Shown piece after piece: positions 10,050 to 18,393 of a DNA stretch of 64,000 nucleotides. Position 1 is the stretch's first letter. Each line of letters opens with the position of its first letter. Made by a program: the position numbers and the translations under genes. The notes beneath the pieces are model-generated. The model was given only the letters and a program-made list of their open reading frames with translations, was not told the origin of the DNA and did no database searches. Source of the stretch: Eubacteriales bacterium (GTDB lineage Bacteria; Bacillota; Clostridia; Oscillospirales; CAG-272); the NCBI GenBank assembly GCA_045633405.1, contig JAZQYD010000058.1, positions 11,086 to 75,085 on the forward strand, written 5' to 3'.

Positions 10050-11234
10050 TCAGTGATGGAAAAGACGCATACCGGTGAACGCCATAACCATTCCGTACTT
10101 GTTACAGGTATCGATAACCACGTCGTCACGGACCGATCCGCCGGGCTCAGCGATATAGGATACACCGCTCCTCTTCGCTCTCTCGATGTTGTCACCGAAG
10201 GGGAAGAACGCATCAGAGCCGAGAGAAACACCGCTTATCGTATCGAGGTAGGCTCTTGCCTCCTCATCAGTGAGGGGCTCGGGACGCTCGGTGAAATACT
10301 TCTGCCAGTTGCCCTCAGCACAAACGTCCTCCTCGTTCTTGTTGATGTAACCGTCGATGACGTTATCTCTGTCAGGACGGGAGATGGTGGGGAGGAAAGG
10401 AAGGTCAAGGACCTTCTTGTACTGACGGAGATGCCAGGTGTCAGCCTTAGTGCCCGCAAGTCTTGTACAGTGGATTCTGGACTGCTGTCCTGCACCGACA
10501 CCGATAGCCTGTCCCTTGTATGCGTAGCATACGGAGTTCGACTGAGTGTACTTAAGAGTAATAAGGGCGATGATGAGGTCGCGTCTTGCCTCATCGGTGA
10601 GCTCCTTATTCTCGGTTACGATATTGGCGAAGAGCTCGTTCGAGATCTCGAAGTTGTTTCTTCCCTGCTCGAAGGTAATGCCATAGACCTGCTTCGACTC
10701 GATGGGAGCGGGAACGTAATCGGGATCGATCCTTACAATGTTATAGTTGCCCTTCTTCTTGGTCTTAAGAACCTCGAGAGCCTCGTCGGTATAGCCGGGA
10801 GCGATGATACCGTCGGAAATCTCTCTCTTAATAAGAAGAGCGGTGGTGAGGTCACATACGTCGGAGAGAGCGATCCAATCTCCGAAGGAGGACATTCTGT
10901 CAGTACCTCTTGCTCTTGCGTATGCACAAGCGAGAGGGGATTCGTCAAGTCCCTCGATATCGTCTACGAAGCAGGCACGCTTAAGCTCGGGTGAGAGCGG
11001 AACGCCTACTGCTGCGGAGGTGGGGCTGACGTGCTTGAAGGAGGTAGCCGAGGGGAGACCTGTCGCCTCCTTCAGCTCCTTGACAAGCTGCCAGGAGTTG
11101 AATGCATCGAGGAAATTGATATATCCGGGTCTGCCCGAAAGGATCTCAATAGGAAGATCAGTGCCGTCCTGCATATATATTTTGGAAGGCTTCTGATTGG
11201 GGTTACAGCCGTATTTAAGCTCAAACTCTTTCAT
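10050..11234 (-). CDS. purH: AICAR formyltransferase (PurH transformylase domain only, no MGS-like IMPCH domain)
   Basis: 394 aa. MKEFELKYGCNPNQ..., SFKHVSPTSAAVG, and a C-terminal AEPGGSVRDDVVIDTCNKYGMVMAFTGMRLFHH typical of AICARFT. Confidence 0.85.
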   Translation of the reverse strand: MKEFELKYGCNPNQKPSKIYMQDGTDLPIEILSGRPGYINFLDAFNSWQLVKELKEATGLPSATSFKHVSPTSAAVGVPLSPELKRACFVDDIEGLDESPLACAYARARGTDRMSSFGDWIALSDVCDLTTALLIKREISDGIIAPGYTDEALEVLKTKKKGNYNIVRIDPDYVPAPIESKQVYGITFEQGRNNFEISNELFANIVTENKELTDEARRDLIIALITLKYTQSNSVCYAYKGQAIGVGAGQQSRIHCTRLAGTKADTWHLRQYKKVLDLPFLPTISRPDRDNVIDGYINKNEEDVCAEGNWQKYFTERPEPLTDEEARAYLDTISGVSLGSDAFFPFGDNIERAKRSGVSYIAEPGGSVRDDVVIDTCNKYGMVMAFTGMRLFHH

Positions 11235-11244
11235 TTTCTATACC

Positions 11245-11961
11245 TCACACGTTCTTATTAATGATTCTGGTGTCTGCCTCGCCTGTCTTAAGATCGATAT
11301 ATCTTACGAAGAGCGAGACCTTATTGTCCTCGTTAAGGTTTACCCAGATATGCTCTGCAAGAGAGTCTATATCCGTATCGGGGAGAATGAGAGTCTTGGG
11401 CTCTCCCTCGAAGGAAGGAAGCGGATCTCCCTCGGAATTGTAGGTGTGAATGAACTTGGCACGTCCGGGGATGGGATTCGAATATGCATAGGTGAATCTC
11501 TCGCAGGACGAATCGTCTCCCTCTGCACTCTTGAGAATGGAGAGAGCAAAGTTCATATCGCCACACTCACGGCGGATAATACCCGAAATTCTGGGGGTGA
11601 AGTTGGGCTTATCGTCCTCGAACTCTCTTGTTCTCAGTGCCTGCTCGAAGGTCATCTGCTTGTCCATAAGATCGTAGATGGTATCGGTCTGGTCGCCGTT
11701 TGTAACGATGGTCTTGTTACCGAGAACTCTTACGGGGTAGTAAATAATAAGATGAGGGTCTACCATTTTCGACTCATCAAATGCCTTGGTACGCATATTC
11801 TCGCCCTCAGCGACAAACACACGGTTACGGCTGTTTACGCTTCTGCCCATAATGAAATAAGCAGTTACCGCATATCTTGCGTCGGCACTCTTACCGATAA
11901 TTATTCCTCTGCCGTGGTAGGCGAGAGAATTAAGCTCTGACTCAATAGTTGTGACCTTCAT
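11245..11961 (-). CDS. IMP cyclohydrolase, PurO-like (stand-alone)
   Basis: 238 aa. Its position between purN and the AICARFT-only purH, and its length and sequence style (AYHGRGIIIGKSADARYAVTAYFIMGRSVNSRNRVF), fit the stand-alone IMP cyclohydrolase family seen next to split purH in Clostridia. Assigned from memory, not by a search. Confidence 0.65.
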   Translation of the reverse strand: MKVTTIESELNSLAYHGRGIIIGKSADARYAVTAYFIMGRSVNSRNRVFVAEGENMRTKAFDESKMVDPHLIIYYPVRVLGNKTIVTNGDQTDTIYDLMDKQMTFEQALRTREFEDDKPNFTPRISGIIRRECGDMNFALSILKSAEGDDSSCERFTYAYSNPIPGRAKFIHTYNSEGDPLPSFEGEPKTLILPDTDIDSLAEHIWVNLNEDNKVSLFVRYIDLKTGEADTRIINKNV

Positions 11962-11962
11962 T

Positions 11963-12601
11963 TTATTCTCCTTTTATATGTACTCTGTTGTTTTCGACCG
12001 AGATTTTTCCGTCACAGAAGAGCTTAACTGCAAGGGGGAGTATCTTCCACTCAGCCTCCTCCATAATTCTCCTCTGGAGAGTCTCGGGGGTGTCATCCTC
12101 ACGTACGTCTACCGCACGCTGAAGAACGATGGGACCCGCATCACATTCGGGGGTGACAATATGCACGGTTGCACCCGATACCTTAACTCCCTTCTCAAGT
12201 GCCGCCTCATGGACAGCGAGACCGTAATAGCCCTTGCCTGAGAACGAGGGGATAAGAGCGGGATGAACGTTCAGTATTCTGTTAGGATATGCGTTATAGA
12301 CCTGCTCGTCGATGATAGTAAGGAAGCCTGCAAGAACAACGAGGTCTATCTCATTTTCACGAAGCCTTTCGACAAGTGCGAGAGAGTAATCTCTGATATC
12401 GGGATATTCCTTTCTCGGTATAACAACCGAGGGAATCGAATGGTTTTTCGCACGCTCGAGTGCATACACGCCCGCCTTAGAGGATATGACAAGCTCAATT
12501 TTTCCGCATCCGAGCTCGCCTCTCTCACCCGCATCGATCAGGGCCTGAAGATTAGTGCCGCCGCCCGATACGAGAACGGCTATTCTGCAAGTTCTCTCCA
12601 T
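11963..12601 (-). CDS. purN: Phosphoribosylglycinamide formyltransferase
   Basis: 212 aa. IAVLVSGGGTNLQALIDA, ILNVHPALIPSF and TVHIVTPECDAGPIV. Confidence 0.9.
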   Translation of the reverse strand: MERTCRIAVLVSGGGTNLQALIDAGERGELGCGKIELVISSKAGVYALERAKNHSIPSVVIPRKEYPDIRDYSLALVERLRENEIDLVVLAGFLTIIDEQVYNAYPNRILNVHPALIPSFSGKGYYGLAVHEAALEKGVKVSGATVHIVTPECDAGPIVLQRAVDVREDDTPETLQRRIMEEAEWKILPLAVKLFCDGKISVENNRVHIKGE

Positions 12602-13647
12602 CAGCCGAGCACCACACCCTCGTCGCCTTTGACGATCTCACCGATAACGTACGCCTCCTCGCCCGAAGCGGTAAGGATCTCAAGTGCGGTATCGACGTCC
12701 TCACGGGACACAACGATGCTCATTCCGACACCCATATTGTAGGTGTTATACATATCCCTCTCGGGAATGTTGCCCACTTTGGCGATAAGATCGAAGATAG
12801 GAAGCACACGAACGCTTGCCTTATCTATCTTAGCCATAAGACCCTTGGGAATGGATCTCGGGATATTCTCGTAGAAGCCGCCGCCTGTGATATGGCTGAT
12901 TCCCTTCACCTTCACGGACTCGAGGAGCTTAAGAACGCTCTTAACGTAGATCTTGGTGGGGGTAAGGAGAGTCTCGGCAACGGACTTGCCGCCAAGAGCA
13001 CCGCAGGGGATATAAAGTGTATCGGGGTTATGATCAATGTCGAACACACGGCGGACGAGCGAGAAGCCGTTGGAGTGAACTCCCGAGGATGCGAGAGCTA
13101 TAACGACGTCCCCCTCCTTCATGGTCGAGTTGTCAATCATCTTCTTTTTATCAACAATACCTACCGCAAAGCCTGCGAGGTCATAGTCCTCGAGGGGCAT
13201 AAGACCGGGATGCTCCGCAGTCTCGCCTCCGATAAGTGCCGCACCCGACTGAACACAGCCCTCTGCAACACCGCCTACGATGGAGGCGATCTTCTCGGGG
13301 TAGTTCTTACCGCATGCAATATAGTCAAGGAAGAAGAGAGGGCGTGCACCGCAACAAATAATATCGTTAACGCACATAGCAACTGCGTCAATACCGATAG
13401 TATCGTGCTTGTCCATCAGAATTGCCATCTTTACCTTAGTACCGCATCCGTCAGTGCCCGAAACAAGCACAGGCTCCTCGATGCCCGCAAGGTCGAGACC
13501 GAAGCATCCTCCGAAGCCGCCGATGTCCTGATCGGCACCCTTTGTAACAGTTCTTGCGATGTGAGCCTTCATAAGCTCAACAGCCTTATAGCCCGCAGTA
13601 ATATCAACGCCGGCTGCCGCATAGCTTTCAGATTTCGAATTTTTCAC
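12601..13647 (-). CDS. purM: Phosphoribosylformylglycinamidine cyclo-ligase (AIR synthetase)
   Basis: 348 aa. YAAAGVDI, GGFGGCFGLD, VSGTDGCGTKV. Stop/start overlaps with both purF and purN. Confidence 0.92.
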   Translation of the reverse strand: MKNSKSESYAAAGVDITAGYKAVELMKAHIARTVTKGADQDIGGFGGCFGLDLAGIEEPVLVSGTDGCGTKVKMAILMDKHDTIGIDAVAMCVNDIICCGARPLFFLDYIACGKNYPEKIASIVGGVAEGCVQSGAALIGGETAEHPGLMPLEDYDLAGFAVGIVDKKKMIDNSTMKEGDVVIALASSGVHSNGFSLVRRVFDIDHNPDTLYIPCGALGGKSVAETLLTPTKIYVKSVLKLLESVKVKGISHITGGGFYENIPRSIPKGLMAKIDKASVRVLPIFDLIAKVGNIPERDMYNTYNMGVGMSIVVSREDVDTALEILTASGEEAYVIGEIVKGDEGVVLG

Positions 13648-15059
13648 TTGACACTCTCACTTTCCGATATTTTTCTATCAAATTTATTATCAATCTTTTC
13701 GGGAATCTCGGTCGGATATTTACCGTTGAAGCAGGCGGCACAGTAGCCCTTGCACTTGCCCGACTCACCGAGACGGAACACGTCCTCGAGGCGGAGGTAT
13801 GCGAGCGAATCCGCACCGACTATCCTGCCGATCTCCTCGACAGTGTGATGGTTGGCGATAAGAGCCTCCTTCGAGTCGATATCCGTGCCGTAATAGCAGG
13901 GATTGAGGAAGGGTGGAGCGGATGAGCGGAGATGCACCTCGGTGGCACCTGCACTTCTGAGAAGCCTTACTATTCTCGCCGAGGTAGTACCTCTGACGAT
14001 GGAGTCATCGACGAGCACCACTCTCTTGCCCTTAACCGCACTGATTATGGGGTTGAGCTTTATCTTGACCTTATCCTCACGGACGTCCTGACCGGGAGCG
14101 ATGAAGGTTCTGCCTATGTATTTATTCTTTATGAGTCCTATGGCATAGGGGATGCCCGATGCCTCGGCATATCCGAGAGCGGCATCGAGTCCCGAATCGG
14201 GAACGCCTACCACAACGTCGGCGTCAACGGGGTGAGCCTTCGAGAGGAGTGCACCCGCACGCTTTCTCGCCTCCTGCACGGAGCAATCGCATATATACGA
14301 GTCGGGGCGGGCGGTGTATACGTACTCGAAGACACAGAGTGCCTCGGGCTTCTTACCGCAGTGGTCGCGGATAGACTTTATTCCGTCCTCGGAGAACACG
14401 AGGATCTCGCCCGGATCAAGCTCACGGATGAAGGTAGCTCCTACCGTATCAAGAGCACAGGTCTCGGTCGCTACAACGTACTGACCGTTATCTCTCTTAC
14501 CGTAGCAAAGAGGATGCATTCCCATCTCGTCTCTTGCCGCAATAAGCTTTCTCGGCGACATGAGCAAGAGGTTGAAGCCTCCGGAGAGCGAGTTCATGGC
14601 TCTGTTGACCGCCTCCTCGATCGAGGGTGCGGAAAGTCTCTCGCTTGTGATAACGTAGGAGATAAGCTCGGCATCCGAGGTGGTGTGGAATATCATTCCG
14701 CGAAGCTCGAGTGCATGGCGAAGCTTATCTGCATTGACGAGTCTGCCGTCGGTAGCAAGTGCCAGCCTACCCTTTATGTGGTTAACTACTATCGGCTCGG
14801 CGTTAGCTCTGCCCTTAGTACCGAGTGTACCGTAGCGGCAGTGACCGATGGCCATTGTTCCCTCACCGAGGTCCTTGAGAGTCTCTCTTGAGAAAACGTC
14901 GTTTACAAGTCCCGAATCCTTATGGCTGGTAAAGAGTCCGTCATCGCCTACAACAATTCCCGCACTCTCCTGACCTCTGTGCTGAAGAGCATAAAGACCG
15001 TAGTACACGCTCGAGGCAACGTTTCCTCTTTCATCTCCAATAATTCCAAATATACCCAT
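13644..15059 (-). CDS. purF: Amidophosphoribosyltransferase homologue lacking the N-terminal catalytic Cys
   Basis: 471 aa. Collinear with PurF (LQHRGQESAGIV, VGVPDSGLDAALGYA, VVLVDDSIVRGTTS, Fe-S Cys in ALCVFEY/NPCYYG/CKGYCAAC). It begins MGIFGIIG instead of (M)CGIFGI, and HNGNLVN reads TDGRLVN. See findings. Confidence 0.85.
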   Translation of the reverse strand: MGIFGIIGDERGNVASSVYYGLYALQHRGQESAGIVVGDDGLFTSHKDSGLVNDVFSRETLKDLGEGTMAIGHCRYGTLGTKGRANAEPIVVNHIKGRLALATDGRLVNADKLRHALELRGMIFHTTSDAELISYVITSERLSAPSIEEAVNRAMNSLSGGFNLLLMSPRKLIAARDEMGMHPLCYGKRDNGQYVVATETCALDTVGATFIRELDPGEILVFSEDGIKSIRDHCGKKPEALCVFEYVYTARPDSYICDCSVQEARKRAGALLSKAHPVDADVVVGVPDSGLDAALGYAEASGIPYAIGLIKNKYIGRTFIAPGQDVREDKVKIKLNPIISAVKGKRVVLVDDSIVRGTTSARIVRLLRSAGATEVHLRSSAPPFLNPCYYGTDIDSKEALIANHHTVEEIGRIVGADSLAYLRLEDVFRLGESGKCKGYCAACFNGKYPTEIPEKIDNKFDRKISESESVK

Positions 15060-15074
15060 TGTTTATTCTCCGTT

Positions 15075-15569
15075 TTATACGTTGAACTTTTCTTCGACTG
15101 CCTTATTCTTCTCGAGCACCTTATCGCATCCTGCCTTGCGTGCCGCTTTAAGAGCCGCATTGAGCGAGGGCTCGGAGAGGGCTAAGATCTCGATAGCGAG
15201 CATAGCGGCATTAGCCGCACCGTCAATAGCAACGGTAGCTACGGGAATGCCGGAGGGCATCTGAACCGTGGCAAGAAGTGCATCCATTCCTCCCGTATTC
15301 TTACAGGAGATCGGGATACCTATGACGGGAAGGACCGTATTTGCGGCAACCGCACCCGCTAAGTGTGCCGCCATACCTGCTGCGGCAATAATTACTCCAA
15401 AGCCGTTATCCTCCGCACTCTTCACAAACTCCGCACACTCGACGGGAGTTCTGTGTGCAGAATAAACGTGCACCTCAAAGGGAACTCCGTATTCCCTCAA
15501 AACACCTATTCCCTTCTCCACGATGGGAAGATCGCTGTCGCTACCCATAAGAACGGCTACCTTTTTCAT
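15075..15569 (-). CDS. purE: N5-carboxyaminoimidazole ribonucleotide mutase (class I PurE)
   Basis: 164 aa. VLMGSDSDLP, SAHRTP, AAAGMAAHLAG, VIGIP. Confidence 0.9.
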   Translation of the reverse strand: MKKVAVLMGSDSDLPIVEKGIGVLREYGVPFEVHVYSAHRTPVECAEFVKSAEDNGFGVIIAAAGMAAHLAGAVAANTVLPVIGIPISCKNTGGMDALLATVQMPSGIPVATVAIDGAANAAMLAIEILALSEPSLNAALKAARKAGCDKVLEKNKAVEEKFNV

Positions 15570-15582
15570 CCTTGTCCTCCAT

Positions 15583-15698
15583 TAAAAATAAAATAAGGGC
15601 GAACTTACCCCATAAAGGTAAGTGAGCCCAGACGGTCGACTATAACACGTTTTTGCTCCCATGCGGTCACGTCCGCTTATCCGTCAGTTGCAAAAACC
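15583..15698 (-). promoter_or_regulatory. ZTP (pfl-motif) riboswitch with intrinsic-terminator expression platform
   Basis: Minus strand: P1 GUUUUUGC / GCAAAAAC; core ACUGACGGAUAAG-CGGacgugaCCG-CAUGGGAGC; 3' element CGACCGUCUGGGC. Consensus is ACUGGCGG...CCGCCUGGGC, and here a compensatory G>A / C>U pair is kept in the pseudoknot. The GGGC then takes part in the terminator GGGC-tc-ACTTACC...GGTAAGT-tc-GCCC followed by TTATTTTATTTTT (15630-15583). Confidence 0.8.
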
Positions 15699-15710
15699 TT
15701 TACCGCAACT

Positions 15711-15739
15711 ATTTTAACATATATTAGAATTATTGTCAA
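15711..15739 (-). promoter_or_regulatory. Sigma-A-type promoter of the pur operon
   Basis: Minus strand: TTGACA (15739-15734), 17 nt, TAAAAT (15716-15711), immediately upstream of the riboswitch. Confidence 0.75.
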
Positions 15740-15743
15740 TAGA

Positions 15744-15777
15744 CAAAATAAAACGCGGCGAAAAACTTTCACCGCGT
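15744..15777 (-). terminator. Rho-independent terminator after the GH-A-like gene
   Basis: Minus strand: ACGCGGTG-aaagttttt-CGCCGCGT followed by TTTTATTTT. Confidence 0.7.
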
Positions 15778-15810
15778 ATGTGTGTATTTTTTTAGTGTTT
15801 TTCAACAATA

Positions 15811-17148
15811 TCAGGGTCTCAGCGTGAGAACGTAGACCTCGTTTTTGCCCACCCTCAGCTTTATCGACCTTCCGAATGGCACGTCCTTGGCACCCGTAGT
15901 AAAGCCGCGGCCTCTCTCACCGCCTCCGAGTATGCCCTCGATATCGTAGTGTCCGAAGCTATGCCCCGACGGATTGATCTCAAGGATACCCTCATAGTCA
16001 CGGGTGGCTATGATCACACGTCCGTCATTTTCGGTAACTGCCGAAAGGCTGTAAATCTCTCTTCTGTAATCCTCAGTCGCATCCACAAGGAAAGCTCCCT
16101 TTGCAAGCTGACCGAATGCTCTCATAACGTTGTAGGGTGCGTATCTGTGGAGTGTACGTCTGTCATCAAGCGAGTATAGGGCATTTCTTGGAGAAAGGGG
16201 GTGGGTGTCGCTGTAAAACATCATAGAAATGTCCGATTTCGCAGCACCTATGAGACATGCGGCCAAAAGAGCGGGATAACGCTTATCCTGATATTCGGAA
16301 TATTTTTCTCCCACCGTCGGCAAAAAAGCAGAGACAATACTCTCGGTCTTCTTAAAGCCGTAATGGTTAAGATACGAGCGTGCATAGCTCGAGTGAAGGA
16401 TCAGCTCCTCAGGCGACTCGGGACCGCATTTCCAGCTGAGGAAATCGAGGGGAGGCCGGGGATCGCTTTTCATTATGTATGAGAGGAAGCTCTCAAGATA
16501 GCTGACGTAATTCTTCTCCTTCTCGGAGAGTCCGAAATGATTAAGCGATGCGAAGCCTCCCGCAGAGTAAGCTCCGACCTTGATTCTCGGGAAATATTTC
16601 TTTATTTCGAGAGAAACCGTCTTATAAAGCTCAAAATATTCCTCGGGCGAAGAGAAGAAGCCGTACGAGTCATCGGGCGACTGCCATATCTCTACCCTTT
16701 TTATACCGAGCTTGAAGCCTCCTGCAAAGCCCTGGTTGCAATGGGCAATCACACGTGAAAGGATATATGCCATACGCTCATAAGGCATGGGTGTGCGAAG
16801 ATAATGTCTCTTGCCAATCGGAAGAGGAGACTCGCCGAGTCTGAGAACGATTTCCGCACCGATCGATTTCATATCGGACAGAGCACGGTCGAGCTCTTCA
16901 AAATTATATGAGCCGACAAACCTCTCATCGAGCGAAGGATCGGGGAAAATCTCATGTAGGTCGAGGGGGATGGTTCCCTCCCCGTCACGCGAGGAGAAAA
17001 GCACGGCCGGAGCAGACAGCTCTCCGTACACGTCGGTTAGTGAGAACGAAACGCACGGATCATAGACGGGCATGCCCAGCATGCCGTTTACAGGCTTTAT
17101 TTTGCCGCATTTGTGAGAAAAGTCAATATCAATTCTGCGAGTTATCAA
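15811..17148 (-). CDS. Clan GH-A (GH39-like) TIM-barrel protein, putative; probable TTG start
   Basis: The track ORF runs to 17202, but AAAGGAGAG followed by TTG (caa at 17146-17148) is a better start. The sequence pattern IKPVNGM...LDLHEIFPD...YNFEELD...GAEIVLRLGES...RVEIWQSPDD...YFELYK...KVGAYSAGG resembles GH39-like leaderless hydrolases. The usual NEP acid/base motif reads QSP. Confidence 0.45.
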   Translation of the reverse strand: MITRRIDIDFSHKCGKIKPVNGMLGMPVYDPCVSFSLTDVYGELSAPAVLFSSRDGEGTIPLDLHEIFPDPSLDERFVGSYNFEELDRALSDMKSIGAEIVLRLGESPLPIGKRHYLRTPMPYERMAYILSRVIAHCNQGFAGGFKLGIKRVEIWQSPDDSYGFFSSPEEYFELYKTVSLEIKKYFPRIKVGAYSAGGFASLNHFGLSEKEKNYVSYLESFLSYIMKSDPRPPLDFLSWKCGPESPEELILHSSYARSYLNHYGFKKTESIVSAFLPTVGEKYSEYQDKRYPALLAACLIGAAKSDISMMFYSDTHPLSPRNALYSLDDRRTLHRYAPYNVMRAFGQLAKGAFLVDATEDYRREIYSLSAVTENDGRVIIATRDYEGILEINPSGHSFGHYDIEGILGGGERGRGFTTGAKDVPFGRSIKLRVGKNEVYVLTLRP

Positions 17149-18118
17149 GAGTCTCTCCTTTCTCGGGGATAGGAGCGGGAGACGCATATGACCATCCCTC
17201 ACCGTTTATCTCATGTGCACGGTGCACGGTAACGAATGCCCTCTTATCAACAGCTGCTACAATAGCGGTAAACTCGGCATACTGTGATACAGAGAAGGTT
17301 GTCATCAAAAGCTGCTTATCATCGCCCGAATATCCGCCCTTGCAGGGGATGATGGTCGCCGTACGGTCGAGCCTCGAAATAATGGATTCGTTAATATCGT
17401 CACACCTATCGGATATAACGTAGGCGGTAAGTGCCATGGACTCACCGATGAACAGCTTATCGATGGCCAAGGCGGCAATGAAAGCAGACAGAATACCGAG
17501 AAGCGAGACAATGAGATCGCCAATGGCAAACATACCTAATACAATAACGAGGGAATCGCACAAAAACATAGATGCAGAGCTCTTCATCGACTTGAAATAC
17601 TTAGAAATAATGAGAGCCAGAACGTCGATACCTCCGGTCGAGCCGCCGCCAATGAAGGTAATAGCACAGCCCGCACCGATCATAGCACCGCCGAATACTG
17701 CCGCAATAATAACGGGGAGCTCGCCATATGAGGAATACAGCTCGGAATGAAAATTGAAGAAGCCGCCAAAAGCACTTCCCTCAGACAGTGACACCGCAAG
17801 TGCGAGTGCAAGAGGATAAACGAGGGTCGAGACGAGCGTATTCGCCGCAAAAGACTTACCGAGGAGGATGAAGCCTAAAACAAAGAGCATCCAGTTAAAT
17901 ACCGACGCATAAAAGGTGGCACTGAAAAGGGACAGAAAAGGAATGAATGAAAAAGCCTTCTCTGCTATAATACCAAGACCCGAAACGCCTCCGTTAACCA
18001 AGTCAAACGGGATGATAAAAAGACCTGTTCCAAATGCAAGAACAAACGTACCTACAACAACAAGCACCGTATTTCTTACGTGATCGATGATCTTGCCTGA
18101 TCCAAGCTTTATTTTCAT
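17129..18118 (-). CDS. YitT-family membrane protein (DUF161 x2 + DUF2179-like C-terminal domain)
   Basis: Start trimmed to MKIKLGSGKIIDH..., preceded by GGAGGGAAG. FIIPFDLVNGGVSGLGII, a second GGSTGGIDVLALII repeat, and a soluble C-terminal domain (TVHRAHEINGEG). Confidence 0.8.
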   Translation of the reverse strand: MKIKLGSGKIIDHVRNTVLVVVGTFVLAFGTGLFIIPFDLVNGGVSGLGIIAEKAFSFIPFLSLFSATFYASVFNWMLFVLGFILLGKSFAANTLVSTLVYPLALALAVSLSEGSAFGGFFNFHSELYSSYGELPVIIAAVFGGAMIGAGCAITFIGGGSTGGIDVLALIISKYFKSMKSSASMFLCDSLVIVLGMFAIGDLIVSLLGILSAFIAALAIDKLFIGESMALTAYVISDRCDDINESIISRLDRTATIIPCKGGYSGDDKQLLMTTFSVSQYAEFTAIVAAVDKRAFVTVHRAHEINGEGWSYASPAPIPEKGETLDNSQN

Positions 18119-18355
18119 ATTCTTCCCTCCTATCGTGCATATTCCTTGAATTTTATCAGCAGTATATATTCTAATATAAATTTTAATCAAAGTCAAGATG
18201 GCAGCTTCTCAAACCTAGAGAATTTTTTTGCGTCCAAAGCATTTATATGTAAACAGTTATTTGCATTATACCCTCTTCCCCACAAGTTATTCTTCACACG
18301 GGTAGGCACATAAGACTATTTTTCGTTTTTCGTCAAAACATATCAAAATTTACAG

Positions 18356-18384
18356 TTGACTTTTTGTCGCCCATGTGGTAAAAT
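18356..18384 (+). promoter_or_regulatory. Strong sigma-A-type promoter (extended -10) upstream of the leader RNA and tRNA-Arg
   Basis: TTGACT (18356-18361), 17 nt ending in TGG, TAAAAT (18379-18384). Confidence 0.75.
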
Positions 18385-18393
18385 AGTAAGGCT

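Noticed and set aside
15583-15700. Guanine/adenine (purine) riboswitch, as expected upstream of a pur operon.
   Set aside because: - The purine-riboswitch core (UAUAAUCGCGUGGAUAUGGCACGCAAGUUUCUACCGGGCACCGUAAAUGUCCGACUAUG-like) is absent.
- The sequence fits the ZTP/pfl consensus instead.
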